Source: a virus
Length of the DNA: 64,000 nucleotides
Reading direction: 5' to 3' (one strand)
Virus record (IMG/VR): IMGVR_UViG_3300036987_000538
Location: 2,877 to 66,876 of that record
Part shown: positions 1-9,549 of the stretch, piece by piece
Numbering within the stretch: the first letter of the stretch is position 1
How the letters are laid out: each line of letters opens with the position of its first letter
Notes under the pieces: model-generated
The model's input: only the letters and a program-made list of their open reading frames with translations
What the model was told of the DNA's origin: nothing
Databases searched by the model: none
Position numbers and translations under genes: made by a program

Positions 1-45
1 TACAAACGAGAAAGATCAAGCGAGCAAGCAACAGAAGGCCGTCAC

Positions 46-669
46 ATGCTCATCGGGTTCTGCGGAAAGCGCACTGCCGGCAAGTCTGAAGGCGCAAAAC
101 TCCTCGTTGCCGAATACGGCTTCGGCCGTGCGAAATTCGCAGAAGCGATCAAGGGCATCACGAAAGACGCCTATCTCCTCACCGACGAGCACGTAGAGGG
201 CTCGCTCAAAGAGCTTCCTTGCGCAGAGCTGGGCGGAAAGTCGCCCCGTGACGCTATGGAGTGGGTCGGCGAGGGCTCGCGTCAGATGTTCGGCGAGGAC
301 GTTTGGGTGCGTCGCTGGTTCGACGTCCATAACGATGAAGTCCTCGCGGGCACCAATCTCGTTTTCGACGACGTGCGCAACAACGTCGAGGCATCGGCAA
401 TCCGCCGTGCTGGCGGGCGCGTGTTCCGCATCTTCAATGACCGCGCTGACGCTCTGCCCATCCTCCCATCGGAAAAGTATCTCGATACGATCCAATTCGA
501 CATGACGATCGTCAACTTCGAGACGCCAGAGTTTCACGACAACGTGCGGGCGCTGATGCGCGCCTATGACGTTCGTGCAGCTGTGCGCCCGCTTTGGGCG
601 CCCGACGACGTTGAGGCGCCTATTGGGTTCGCCGCCACCGCCAAGGCGCTCAATGGAGAACTCCGTTGA
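46..669 (+). CDS. deoxynucleoside monophosphate kinase (T4 gp1-like dNMP kinase)
   Basis: P-loop GFCGKRTAGKSE; blocks GKSPRDAMEWVGEGSRQMFGEDVWVRRWF and DDVRNNVEASAIRRAGGRVFRI resemble T4 gene 1 dNMP kinase. Confidence 0.65.
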   Translation: MLIGFCGKRTAGKSEGAKLLVAEYGFGRAKFAEAIKGITKDAYLLTDEHVEGSLKELPCAELGGKSPRDAMEWVGEGSRQMFGEDVWVRRWFDVHNDEVLAGTNLVFDDVRNNVEASAIRRAGGRVFRIFNDRADALPILPSEKYLDTIQFDMTIVNFETPEFHDNVRALMRAYDVRAAVRPLWAPDDVEAPIGFAATAKALNGELR

Positions 670-1328
670 GCGAAGTCATCCACCGCCAGCGCCGACCGCT
701 GATTGCGCTGCCACGAGTCGGCAAGCCCGGCGGTGTGCTCTGCTGTTGGGCGTGCGGCCAACCCTGGCCGACGCGCTACGACTTGGTGGTCGATGCTGTC
801 GCCAGCACCGTCCGCATCGACGACTCGCAGCCGCTTGCGCTGTCGCGCAATGAGCTGCACGTGATTAGCGCGCTGATCACGGCGTTTCCTCGCTGGATCA
901 CGCGCACTCAGCTGATCGAGCACGCATGGGACTACAGGCCAGACGGCGACATGCCCGAAGGCACCGTGCTCCCGCCCATCCTCAAGCGCCTTGCAGCGGC
1001 TCTGCAGGGCACTCGCTACACGATTGAGCGCGACATCAAGCACGGCGTTCGGCTTGTCGACGTCGACACGCTCCTGAGAGAGCGCGGCGTCGACGATTAT
1101 TGGGCCAACAAGTGGGCCGCGAGTCTCGCGCAAGGAACGGTCGCAGCGCTCAGCGCAGCGCGCGCCAAAAAGATCGCAGGGGAGCAAAAGATCCCCAACG
1201 TGAAGCTCACCGGAAAACGCAAGGTCGGCACGCGCAATCAGCTCAACGCCGCTGCGCGCGCCGCAGCTCAGCAAGCAATTCACACTGCCGGCCGCAAGCC
1301 GAAGTCACGCAAGAGGAAGAAAGTCTGA
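666..1328 (+). CDS. winged-helix (OmpR/PhoB C-terminal-like) DNA-binding protein, basic C-tail
   Basis: TTG start overlapping the upstream stop; LSRNELHVISALITAFPRWITRTQLIEHAW...YTIERDIKHGVRLV resembles a trans_reg_C wHTH; K/R-rich tail. Confidence 0.45.
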   Translation: MSEVIHRQRRPLIALPRVGKPGGVLCCWACGQPWPTRYDLVVDAVASTVRIDDSQPLALSRNELHVISALITAFPRWITRTQLIEHAWDYRPDGDMPEGTVLPPILKRLAAALQGTRYTIERDIKHGVRLVDVDTLLRERGVDDYWANKWAASLAQGTVAALSAARAKKIAGEQKIPNVKLTGKRKVGTRNQLNAAARAAAQQAIHTAGRKPKSRKRKKV

Positions 1329-2185
1329 TGTTCGATCTGAATAAGCCCAACGTCGGCGCTGCCGGCGTCGCACCCTACTCGATTATCTACGGCCAGAACG
1401 GCATCGGCAAATCGACGTTCGCCGCCATGCCGCCGGGCACCCTGTTCGCTGACATCGAGCGCGGCTTGCCCGAGATGCTTCGCAGCATTCCGCGCTTCCC
1501 CGTCGATACGCTCGGCCAACTGCGGCAGCTGCTGTCTCAGCTGCGCGAGCAGCAGCATCCCTATCACCACATCGTCATCGACTCCGTGTCGGCGCTCAAT
1601 CAGAAGCTCGTTTCCGAGGTTTGCGCGGAACAGAAGTGGCTCCTGCCGGACGGCCGCAACGACATGGGCGAGAAGGGCTTTGGCGCCTTCGGCCGCGGCG
1701 ACAAGGTGATCGCCGAAAAGTACGCCTACATCAACGACGACATTCTCAAGCTCAAAGAGCAGCGCAACATCGCAGTGACGTTGCTCGGACACGTTCGCCC
1801 GCTGCGTGTGAAGCCGCCGGATACCGACGAATATTCGCGCTACGACATCATGCTTCCGGCTCAGGCCATCGAAGTGCTGACGCAGCGCGCCGACATCGTT
1901 GGGTTCATGAGCTACCCGGTGACGGTCATCAAAAAGGAAGGCCAGCGCTCCGGCCCCGGTCAGGCGATCGGCGAGGACGACGCGCGGCTCTATCTCACGA
2001 GCGCAGCGACACACAACGCCAAGAACCGCTTTGGCATGCCGGCGTCGATCATCATTCCGCGCGGCAATCCGCTGCACGGTTTCCAACAGTATGCGTCATT
2101 CATTCCGTACTTTGCGCCGATCTTCGCGCAGGGCGGACCCATCAACGGACAGCACAACGGAGCAGCGGCAGCAGCAGTCCAGTAA
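1328..2185 (+). CDS. Sak4-like RecA-fold ATPase (AAA_24 family) ssDNA annealing/recombination protein
   Basis: ATG at 1328 after AAGAGGAAGAAAG; Walker A YGQNGIGKST; hhhhD VIDSV; LLGHV motif; sits next to the SSB-like gene. Confidence 0.55.
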   Translation: MFDLNKPNVGAAGVAPYSIIYGQNGIGKSTFAAMPPGTLFADIERGLPEMLRSIPRFPVDTLGQLRQLLSQLREQQHPYHHIVIDSVSALNQKLVSEVCAEQKWLLPDGRNDMGEKGFGAFGRGDKVIAEKYAYINDDILKLKEQRNIAVTLLGHVRPLRVKPPDTDEYSRYDIMLPAQAIEVLTQRADIVGFMSYPVTVIKKEGQRSGPGQAIGEDDARLYLTSAATHNAKNRFGMPASIIIPRGNPLHGFQQYASFIPYFAPIFAQGGPINGQHNGAAAAAVQ

Positions 2186-2195
2186 CACGTGTTAC
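2182..2195. repeat. motif A palindrome GTAACACGTGTTAC
   Basis: overlaps the Sak4 stop codon. Confidence 0.9.
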
Positions 2196-2244
2196 CGAGC
2201 GAGTGAGCGAGTAGGCAGAGCAACAGACAGAGAGATAGAGAGAC

Positions 2245-2991
2245 ATGGCAATTGCAGGCGTGAATGTGAATACGGCTGGAGCTGGCGAGGTTGGCGGCTA
2301 CCCGGTGATTCCCAAGGGTAAGTACGAGACGATGGTCCCGAGCTTCGAGATCAAGACAGACAACGGCGTGACGTCGGTTCTGCTTCAGTTCCTCGTCATG
2401 GAAGGCCCCCACAAGGGCCACAAGCTGACCGAGCGGATTTCCCTCAACGGTACGCCTGGCGCGATTGCGTTTGGGCTGCGTATCCTCAACTCGATCGGCA
2501 AGGTGCTGGGTTACCCGCAAGGCGACTGGACTGATGCGATGTTGGCCAACGTCAAGGGCAAGCGCTTCCTGATCGACGTCGACATCGAGGATGCTCGGCC
2601 GAACGGCAAGGGCGGCTTCTTCCAACCGCGCAACCGCGTCAATGGCTATGAGCCGTCCGCGCTCGCCGGTGGCAACCCCAACGCTGGCATGGCGCCCGCT
2701 ACTGCGAATGTTGCGCAGACTGGCTACGCGCCCCAGCAGATGGCAGGCGGTCAGCTCGGCTACCCTCAGCAGCCGCAGCCCAACTTCGCACCACCGCCGC
2801 AGCAGGCCCCTCAGCAGTACGCTCAGGCCCCGCAGCAGGCGTATGGCGCCCCCGCCGGCATGCCGCAGCCCGTTCAGCAGGCGCAGCCGTCGCTGCCGCC
2901 CCAGGCTGGCTACGCAGGCGCCCCGCCGCCCATGGCTGCTCCGCAGCAGGCGACGTCGGCTCCCACGTGGATGGCTGGCGCCACAGGTTAA
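2245..2991 (+). CDS. DUF669-like putative ssDNA-binding protein with Pro/Gln-rich C-terminal tail
   Basis: purine-rich SD AGAGATAGAGAGAC; N-terminal 150 aa globular; C-terminal 100 aa PQQ/AP low complexity; partner position next to Sak4. Confidence 0.4.
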   Translation: MAIAGVNVNTAGAGEVGGYPVIPKGKYETMVPSFEIKTDNGVTSVLLQFLVMEGPHKGHKLTERISLNGTPGAIAFGLRILNSIGKVLGYPQGDWTDAMLANVKGKRFLIDVDIEDARPNGKGGFFQPRNRVNGYEPSALAGGNPNAGMAPATANVAQTGYAPQQMAGGQLGYPQQPQPNFAPPPQQAPQQYAQAPQQAYGAPAGMPQPVQQAQPSLPPQAGYAGAPPPMAAPQQATSAPTWMAGATG

Positions 2992-3026
2992 GTAGCGTCT
3001 AAGTCGCGTGAGTTCAGTGAGTAGGC

Positions 3027-3060
3027 GGGCCGCATGCGTATCTGCGGCCCGTTCTCATAT
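3027..3060 (+). terminator. possible intrinsic terminator/attenuator hairpin
   Basis: GGGCCGCA-N8-TGCGGCCC followed by GTTCTCATAT (weak U-tract). Confidence 0.3.
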
Positions 3061-3076
3061 CCAGCCCGAGCGGAAC

Positions 3077-4024
3077 ATGACCGAGCAGCAGAACTATCAC
3101 GGACGTCGCACCGTCGAAGAAATCGTGGATGCGATTTATAAGTCGTACGAAGCCGACGACGAGGGCGACGGACTCCCGTGGAGCATCCGCCCAAGCTCGA
3201 TCGGCAACGAGTGCGGACGCTCAGTGCAACTCGCGTGGATGTGGGTGACGACGCCAAAGAAATTCGACGGGCGCATGCTCGGGCTATTTGAAGCCGGCAA
3301 GCGAGCCGAGGACGAGCTGATACGCGACCTTAAGCGCATCGGCTGGGAAGTGATCGAGAAAGATCCAGCCAAGCCCACGAAGCAGTGGCAGGCCAAGGTG
3401 CTCGACGGGCACTGCAAGGGCTATCTCGACGGCATCGGCCGCGACCGCGTCGTCAATGGGCCGTGGATGCTGCTCGAAATGAAGTCGCACAACAACAAGA
3501 GCTTCAACAAAACCAAGAAGTACGGCGTAGCAGCGGCGAAGCCCGAGCACTTTGCGCAGATGCAGCTCTACATGCACGTGTTTCAGCTTGAAGTTGCCGT
3601 TTACAGTTTCACGAACAAGGACAGCAGCGAGAAGTGGAAGGAATACGTCGACTACGACGCCAAGTACATCGAGCGCCTGCTTGAGAAGGGCTCGACGATT
3701 CTCGGCAAGCGCGTGTTACTGCCCCGGATCTCGAATAACCCCGACTACTTCATGTGCCGATACTGCGACCACCGCGCCTACTGCCACGAGGGCAAGCCGG
3801 CTGAGCGCAACTGCCGGACGTGCGAGCACTCGCGAGCGCTCGCGGATGGCGCATGGGGTTGCAACAAGCACCAGTGCGCCATCACACGCGAGTTGATGAA
3901 GGCTGGATGCGCCGGCTACCAGCTGAACGAAATGTTGCGCCCTACTGACGAAGCGACCGCATCGTCGCGTCGTTCGCGGACTCCGGCTCAAGCTGAACCG
4001 GCTTCCGAGGCCCTGGAGGCGTAG
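3077..4024 (+). CDS. Cas4/RecB-family PD-(D/E)xK exonuclease with Fe-S cysteine cluster
   Basis: LLEMKSHN (ExK); one N-terminal Cys (IGNECG) plus CRYCDHRAYC (C-x2-C-x5-C) as in Cas4/AddB; follows the Sak4/SSB pair. Confidence 0.55.
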   Translation: MTEQQNYHGRRTVEEIVDAIYKSYEADDEGDGLPWSIRPSSIGNECGRSVQLAWMWVTTPKKFDGRMLGLFEAGKRAEDELIRDLKRIGWEVIEKDPAKPTKQWQAKVLDGHCKGYLDGIGRDRVVNGPWMLLEMKSHNNKSFNKTKKYGVAAAKPEHFAQMQLYMHVFQLEVAVYSFTNKDSSEKWKEYVDYDAKYIERLLEKGSTILGKRVLLPRISNNPDYFMCRYCDHRAYCHEGKPAERNCRTCEHSRALADGAWGCNKHQCAITRELMKAGCAGYQLNEMLRPTDEATASSRRSRTPAQAEPASEALEA

Positions 4025-4484
4025 CCACGGGCACGCCGTTCACCGCCGTTTTGAACTCGGTTGGCAGCACCCCAGGCTTGGTGCTCGGCATGCGAGCTTT
4101 TTCGTAGCTCTTGGCGCCGAAGTAGAAGCCGAGAATCGTCATGATCAGCCACCACATCATTTCGGGCATGACGCCGAGCGCGCGCATTGAGCGCTCGAAC
4201 GACACGGGGTCGTAAGCGCACCACGGGAACAGTCCAACGATGATCAGCACGCAGAGCGGGCGCGGCATCCTGTTGACGCCATCCCAAAAGGAATCCCACT
4301 TCGACCTGTTGGCCGCTTGGTAGCTCCACTCGGACGAATACGCGCCGAAAATCGACGTGTTCTCCTCGTGCTGGTTCGACTCGCGCTCGCGGCGGTTGCC
4401 TACGAAGACTTCCGCGACATCCTTCACCTTGGGCAGTATGTCTACTGCCGCGCCGATCGCCGCGCCTACCGTTCCAATGCCCAT
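3942..4484 (-). CDS. membrane protein, probable holin (3-TM) downstream of endolysin
   Basis: ATGA start/stop overlap with the endolysin gene; hydrophobic helices LCVLIIVGLFPWCAY and MMWWLIMTILGFYFG; 3' end overlaps the convergent nuclease gene by 83 nt. Confidence 0.4.
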   Translation of the reverse strand: MGIGTVGAAIGAAVDILPKVKDVAEVFVGNRRERESNQHEENTSIFGAYSSEWSYQAANRSKWDSFWDGVNRMPRPLCVLIIVGLFPWCAYDPVSFERSMRALGVMPEMMWWLIMTILGFYFGAKSYEKARMPSTKPGVLPTEFKTAVNGVPVATPPGPRKPVQLEPESANDATMRSLRQ

Positions 4485-5050
4485 TACGCCGCCCTCGTGG
4501 TTGCGATCCAGCCGCCCTCAAGCACCTGCTTTTCGAGCTTGTCGACGCGGTTGAGCCACCCCTTGAGGAAGACACTTTGCGTCGGATTGCTGCGAACGAT
4601 GCTGCGGAAAAACTCGCGGCGGATCTCGAAGTACAATTTTAGCACGCTGCCGGCATCATACTTGGCGAGACACGCGTACGACTGGCGCACCGTCTCAGGC
4701 CCGATACCGCCGTCGATGGCGCACTTGAAGCCGAGCTGATTCAGCATCTGCTGCAGCTTCTTAATCGCCCACGTTCCGCTGTTGACGTAGAAGTCGAACA
4801 CCGCTGCCTCAAGCTCGTCGGGCAAGCGCTCGATCTTGGGCCGGTCGTAGTAGGCGTTCTTGTAGATCGCACGCGCCTCGGCTTCCGTGAGGTCACGAAC
4901 GTCCTGCCACGTCGCCCGACCACGCTCTTGCTGCAGGCGCCCGAGCGTGATGCCGAACTTGGTTGGCCCGCCACGGTCGTTCGGATGGTTCTCGTACACG
5001 CGGCCTTCGCGGTCGAGAATGTCCGTGATCATGTCGTCGAGGATGGTCAT
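4484..5050 (-). CDS. endolysin, glycoside hydrolase family 108 + PG_binding_3
   Basis: ILDREGRVYENHPNDRGGPTKFGIT matches the GH108 N-terminal motif; C-terminal peptidoglycan-binding-like region. Confidence 0.75.
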   Translation of the reverse strand: MTILDDMITDILDREGRVYENHPNDRGGPTKFGITLGRLQQERGRATWQDVRDLTEAEARAIYKNAYYDRPKIERLPDELEAAVFDFYVNSGTWAIKKLQQMLNQLGFKCAIDGGIGPETVRQSYACLAKYDAGSVLKLYFEIRREFFRSIVRSNPTQSVFLKGWLNRVDKLEKQVLEGGWIATTRAA

Positions 5051-5081
5051 CTAACTGCTCAAATGTTGTCTCTTGAGGCCA

Positions 5082-5095
5082 GTAACATCTGTTAC
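5082..5095. repeat. motif A GTAACATCTGTTAC
   Basis: between the tail fiber stop and the endolysin start. Confidence 0.9.
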
Positions 5096-5113
5096 CGGCC
5101 AATATATTAGCGC

Positions 5114-6298
5114 TTACGCGATCGTCAGCGTGCTCGGGAAATCCTTGTAGAATCCGAAGCTGTCCGTCAGTCGCAGCGTGATGTTGCGAACGCCGGCCGC
5201 TGCCGGTGTGCCCGTGATCGCGCCGGTGGACGCATTGAGCGTGAGCGCGCTCGGCAGCGCGTCAGAGCCCGGCGCCAGCGACCACGCGAGCGGAGCCTCG
5301 CCGTCTTCGGTTGTTGGCGTGTACGTGTACGCCACGCCGTGTGTGCCGTCCGGCAGCGTCAGTGGGTCGATCAGGAACTCGCGGCCGTAGTAGCGCATCA
5401 GGCGATCAACACCTTCGAGGATGCGGTACGTCTCGGGGTTCACCACGCCAGACTGCGACGTGGTCGCCTCGGGCATCAGCGCGACGATCTGCGCGAGCTG
5501 TGGCCCGGTGAGCAGCTCGACATCAAGGTCGAGCGGGCTCGCTTCGGTGCCGGCTCCGACGAGCGGCGCGACGACAACCGGAAGCACGTTGGGCTTGTCC
5601 AGCAAGTCGTTGTACGAGCCCGAAACGGCGACGGTCTGCAGGCCAAGCAGCGCGCGCACTTCGGTTTCGCTCTTGTAATCGACTTCTCCCGTGGGACTCA
5701 CGTAGAGAAACTTGTTCGGATTGTCGGCTGCGCCAAGCACAGCGCCGTTGATCGCGCTCTGCGTGGCGTCTTGGATGCGATATTCGGTGCCAGTAAAGAG
5801 CACGCGCAAATACTGATTGCCGCGCACATCGCCCGGCACAAACGGCGCACCGGAGCGCGACACAAGAGCCCGGCGCGTGGAGCCGTTGAGTGCGCACGTC
5901 ATGGGGCCGCTGTTGGTGCTCGCGAGGAACGCCACAAATTCATATCCAGCCTCGACCGGCGTCGGAGCAAGGGCGTTGGTAGCGCTGATGTCGTTGACGC
6001 CGAGCGTGGTCTGATCGAACGTGCCGGCGTACTTGAGGTTGGATGCAGCTTGCCGGAGGGTCGCCAGCTCGGTCGCCGTGGCCGCATCCGCGGCGTTGAC
6101 GATCTTGTGGCCATCCATGTTCAAGTTGCTCGCCATAGACACGCTGCCGTCCGCGCGTAGGCCCTCAGACATCGTTGCGGCGACGTCCTCAAGCTGCTGC
6201 ATCATGCGGTCGGCAGTGATGCGCGAAAACGGAGGCCCCGCGGCCTGGTCGGCGCGGAAGTCAAACAGGAGCTTAAAGTTGCCGCCGATCCAAGGCAT
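5114..6298 (-). CDS. tail fiber protein (short), N-terminal anchor shared with the large fiber, C-terminal Ig-like
   Basis: N-terminus MPWIGGNFKLLFDFRADQAAG...DRMMQQLEDVAA parallels the N-terminus of 6309-9521; C-terminal ALTLNASTGAITGTP Ig-like repeat. Confidence 0.6.
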   Translation of the reverse strand: MPWIGGNFKLLFDFRADQAAGPPFSRITADRMMQQLEDVAATMSEGLRADGSVSMASNLNMDGHKIVNAADAATATELATLRQAASNLKYAGTFDQTTLGVNDISATNALAPTPVEAGYEFVAFLASTNSGPMTCALNGSTRRALVSRSGAPFVPGDVRGNQYLRVLFTGTEYRIQDATQSAINGAVLGAADNPNKFLYVSPTGEVDYKSETEVRALLGLQTVAVSGSYNDLLDKPNVLPVVVAPLVGAGTEASPLDLDVELLTGPQLAQIVALMPEATTSQSGVVNPETYRILEGVDRLMRYYGREFLIDPLTLPDGTHGVAYTYTPTTEDGEAPLAWSLAPGSDALPSALTLNASTGAITGTPAAAGVRNITLRLTDSFGFYKDFPSTLTIA

Positions 6299-6308
6299 GG
6301 TGTGATCC

Positions 6309-9300
6309 TTACGAAACTCGTCTGAAATTGCGGTTGATGGAGAGAGGCTGGCCGTCAGTGTCAGTCAGGTTTTGCAGCAACCGCCATTTCTGACCGGCAT
6401 AGGCTGTTCCGAAATTGGCGCTGCTGCCAAACTGCGTTTGTGAACCATTGAGTGCGAAGTAGCCCGTGGACGAGACAACTCGCTCCCAGCCGTTGCCCTC
6501 GCCGCCGTTGGAAACGTAAGTGCAGGACACGGCTTTTTGCGTGCCGATGGCTGGGCCGGCTAGCACTGTCACAGTGTATGTCCGCGTGTTCTGGAAGCCG
6601 TTTTGGTCGGTCGCCCGAACCGTGAACGTGTGATTGCCGCGCGCCGTGGGGGTGCCGCTGAGGACGCCGCTCGAAGTGAACGACATGCCGGTCGGCACAG
6701 CGCCGCTTGAGATGAAAAACGTGTGCGGGGTGGCGCCGCCAGCAGCAGTGATCGTGTATGAGTACGCCTGCGTGTCGTACATCGAGTCAATCGTCGCTGG
6801 CGAGATCTCGATGGTGGGCGACGTCACGGTGACGCTATACGCGCGGTCGCCTGTGAAGCCGTTGGCGTCCGTTGCACGCACAGTGAAGTTGAACGTGCCG
6901 CCCGCGATTACGACTCCCGTGAGCGCGCCCGAGGCTCCATTGAGTACCAGCCCGGTGGGCGCCGCTCCCGTGATGATCGAGTACGTGTACGGCGCGGTTC
7001 CGCCGCTCGCGACGAACGTCGCCGAGTACGAAGCACTACCGACAGGGCTCGTGAGCGTGCTCGGATTCACCACCACGGCGCCCGGCGCAACGAGCACCGA
7101 GTAAGTGCGCACAGCTGCGAAGCCGTTGGCGTCGGTGCCAGCGATTGCGAAGTCAAACGTGCCGGTAAACGTCGGTGTGCCAGAAAGCACGCCCGTCGTA
7201 GCATTAAGCGTCAAACCCGTTGGCAGTGCGCCTGCCACCACGGAGAACGTGTACGGAGCTGTGCCGTTGCCGACAACGCTGAACGTGATGCTCGTCGCCA
7301 CGTTGTGAGCGCGAGGCGAAATGAGCCCCGGCTGCAGCGTGATCGACGGCGTATAAACGACGACAGCGTAGCTGCGCGTTGCGGTGTAGCCGTTTGCATC
7401 CGTCGCGCGGATCGTGAAGTTAAACGTGCCGTTGGACGACGGCGTGCCGGACAGCGCGCCAGTGACGCTATTGAGGCTGAGCCCTGGCGGCAGAGTGCCG
7501 GATGTACGCTCGAACAGATAGGGCGTCGAGCCGTTGCCATCGACGGTGAAGTTGATGGTGGTCGCGATGGTGCGAACGCGATCAGCAATAGACGTGGGGT
7601 TGAGCACCAGCGTCGGTGCGACCACGCCAATCGTGAACGCCTCGTCGGCGTAGTAACCGCCGCGGTCGGTTGCACGGACCGTGAATGTGGTGCCAGTGCC
7701 CGGCGCCCCCGGTGACCCGCTGATCATGCCCGTCGTGGGGTTGAGCGTGAGGCCCGCCGGCAGCGCGCCAGAGGCCAGCGAATAGGTAAGCACAGATGGC
7801 TGATCGCAGAGCCGCACCGAGTGGATGCGAATGCTCGCATCGCCGCCCGCATCAAAGTCGAAGCGCAGCCGGGTGATGGTGCTTGTGATCCAGTCGTCAC
7901 CGCCCACGTTTAGGGCGCCCATGTCCAGCTCGTACACGCGTCGCTCGCCAACGGCGAGGTCGGGGAACGTCTTGTAGTGCGTGCCGGCGAAGGCGTGCCC
8001 GGCCGTCGAGTAGAAAATCGTCCCCTGCCACGTGCCAGTCGTCCGTGCCGACACACGCTCTATGTCGAAGCGCAGATAGCGGCTCGCCGCGCCGTTGATC
8101 GTCAGGCCACTCGGGCTGAGCAGCTGCGGGTCGGCGCCCGCCTGTGCAAACACAGAGCCGTTCACGCCCGCAGTGAGCGAGCCCGCATTGACGGCGAACG
8201 AATGATTATTGTTCTGGAAGTTGTACGTCAGCGAAGGCTCGATGGCCGCGGCGACGGAGTGCATAAACGGCCGGTATGCCGTCGCATCGTGCGACTGCGT
8301 CTCGTCAAACGAGATCGCGGGATCTTCCACCACGATGGTGTAGTCGACGTTCTTGAGCGCCCCACTCGCGTCGCGCACCTGTAGTGTGAAATCGAACTCG
8401 CCGCCCGGGCTGAGTGCAATTCCGGTGAGGCTGGCGGTGCCCGGGTCAAACGAGAGCCCCGGCGGCATGTCCCCGCTGAGCAAGTATATCTCGTAGGGCG
8501 CCTCGCCGCCCGACGCATCCGGCGCAAAGCTGAACTCCGTGCCGCCAGCGATCTCGCCAATGGTGCCTGGTGCCAGCTCTAAGTCGGCGCCGAGGCTGTG
8601 CAGCACCGGCTCGATCTTTCCAAGAACTAGCATATTCGACGGCGTGAGTTTGCCGCGCACGAGGTTGCTGGCGTCGGGGATCGCATCAAAAACGTGGTCG
8701 ATCTCATCGCTGGTCATGTCGCCGAACGCCGCCACGAGCGGCGAGGCCGCGCGGCCGGTGCCAGCAAGCAGCCGCTCGGAGTGCAAGTCGGGGATGCCGC
8801 CAATGAGGCTCGCGTAACTGCCCGTAGTGGCAAGCGTCGCCAGCCCCAGCTGAGTACGCGCCTGCGCGGCCGTCAGGTACGCGATCAAGCCCTCCGCATT
8901 CGTCCGCGGCAGCGTGCTGGGATTAGTCTTGGCCCCGACGAAATTGCCATCAAGCTCGCGGCGCGAAATAGTCTGCAGGCGCCAGCTCGCGACGGTTTCC
9001 TCGCCGATGGTTTCCTCATGGCGAAGCAGGCGTATCAGGTCGCCCGCCTTTATTGCACCGGCGGCAAGTGCGAAGCCGAGGCGGTCCTGAACTGCGCGGG
9101 GTGTGCCGGCGTTGTGCGAATACGTCACCGCTCCCGTGTTGTCGAAGCGGGCATAACCGGCAATCTCGTGTCCGACCGGCAGCGGTGTCGGCGAATACGG
9201 CTGAGTCGCAGCGAGCGCGTTCGCGGTGCCGTTGAATGTGCCGATAGAGATGGCGCTGCCCGCGGCCTGCTTTGCGGTCACGTAGGAGCTGCCCTCGGCG

Positions 9301-9521
9301 GCGTTCCCGGCTCCAATCAGGCGATTGCCCGCGAAGTCTAGGTTGCCGCCTACAGCCTTGCGGCCCGACGACACAAGGAGCGAGTCCAGCGCAGCAGCGA
9401 GATCCTCAAGCTGCAGCATGACGCGATCCGACTCGATGTCGGCAAGCTCGCCACCCGCAGCCAAGTCTGCTCGGAAATCGTAGAGCAGATCGAAGGCGCC
9501 TGTTTCTTCATTCCACGGCAT
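6309..9521 (-). CDS. tail fiber / host-specificity protein with 6+ tandem Ig-like (cadherin-like) repeats
   Basis: 1070 aa; repeated G(T/A)LP(T/P)GL(S/T)LN...TG(A/V)LSGTP...GTFNFT(I/V)RATDANG units; N-terminal anchor like 5114-6298. Confidence 0.65.
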   Translation of the reverse strand: MPWNEETGAFDLLYDFRADLAAGGELADIESDRVMLQLEDLAAALDSLLVSSGRKAVGGNLDFAGNRLIGAGNAAEGSSYVTAKQAAGSAISIGTFNGTANALAATQPYSPTPLPVGHEIAGYARFDNTGAVTYSHNAGTPRAVQDRLGFALAAGAIKAGDLIRLLRHEETIGEETVASWRLQTISRRELDGNFVGAKTNPSTLPRTNAEGLIAYLTAAQARTQLGLATLATTGSYASLIGGIPDLHSERLLAGTGRAASPLVAAFGDMTSDEIDHVFDAIPDASNLVRGKLTPSNMLVLGKIEPVLHSLGADLELAPGTIGEIAGGTEFSFAPDASGGEAPYEIYLLSGDMPPGLSFDPGTASLTGIALSPGGEFDFTLQVRDASGALKNVDYTIVVEDPAISFDETQSHDATAYRPFMHSVAAAIEPSLTYNFQNNNHSFAVNAGSLTAGVNGSVFAQAGADPQLLSPSGLTINGAASRYLRFDIERVSARTTGTWQGTIFYSTAGHAFAGTHYKTFPDLAVGERRVYELDMGALNVGGDDWITSTITRLRFDFDAGGDASIRIHSVRLCDQPSVLTYSLASGALPAGLTLNPTTGMISGSPGAPGTGTTFTVRATDRGGYYADEAFTIGVVAPTLVLNPTSIADRVRTIATTINFTVDGNGSTPYLFERTSGTLPPGLSLNSVTGALSGTPSSNGTFNFTIRATDANGYTATRSYAVVVYTPSITLQPGLISPRAHNVATSITFSVVGNGTAPYTFSVVAGALPTGLTLNATTGVLSGTPTFTGTFDFAIAGTDANGFAAVRTYSVLVAPGAVVVNPSTLTSPVGSASYSATFVASGGTAPYTYSIITGAAPTGLVLNGASGALTGVVIAGGTFNFTVRATDANGFTGDRAYSVTVTSPTIEISPATIDSMYDTQAYSYTITAAGGATPHTFFISSGAVPTGMSFTSSGVLSGTPTARGNHTFTVRATDQNGFQNTRTYTVTVLAGPAIGTQKAVSCTYVSNGGEGNGWERVVSSTGYFALNGSQTQFGSSANFGTAYAGQKWRLLQNLTDTDGQPLSINRNFRRVS

Positions 9522-9532
9522 CGGGAGTCCCG

Positions 9533-9546
9533 GTAACAGATGTTAC
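9533..9546. repeat. motif A GTAACAGATGTTAC
   Basis: 11 nt upstream of the large tail fiber ATG. Confidence 0.9.
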
Positions 9547-9549
9547 TGC

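Noticed and set aside
6309-9521. Periodic nucleotide repeats in the large tail-fibre gene as a CRISPR-like array
   Set aside because: The repeats are about 300 nt coding units encoding Ig-like domains, with no short direct repeats and unique spacers.
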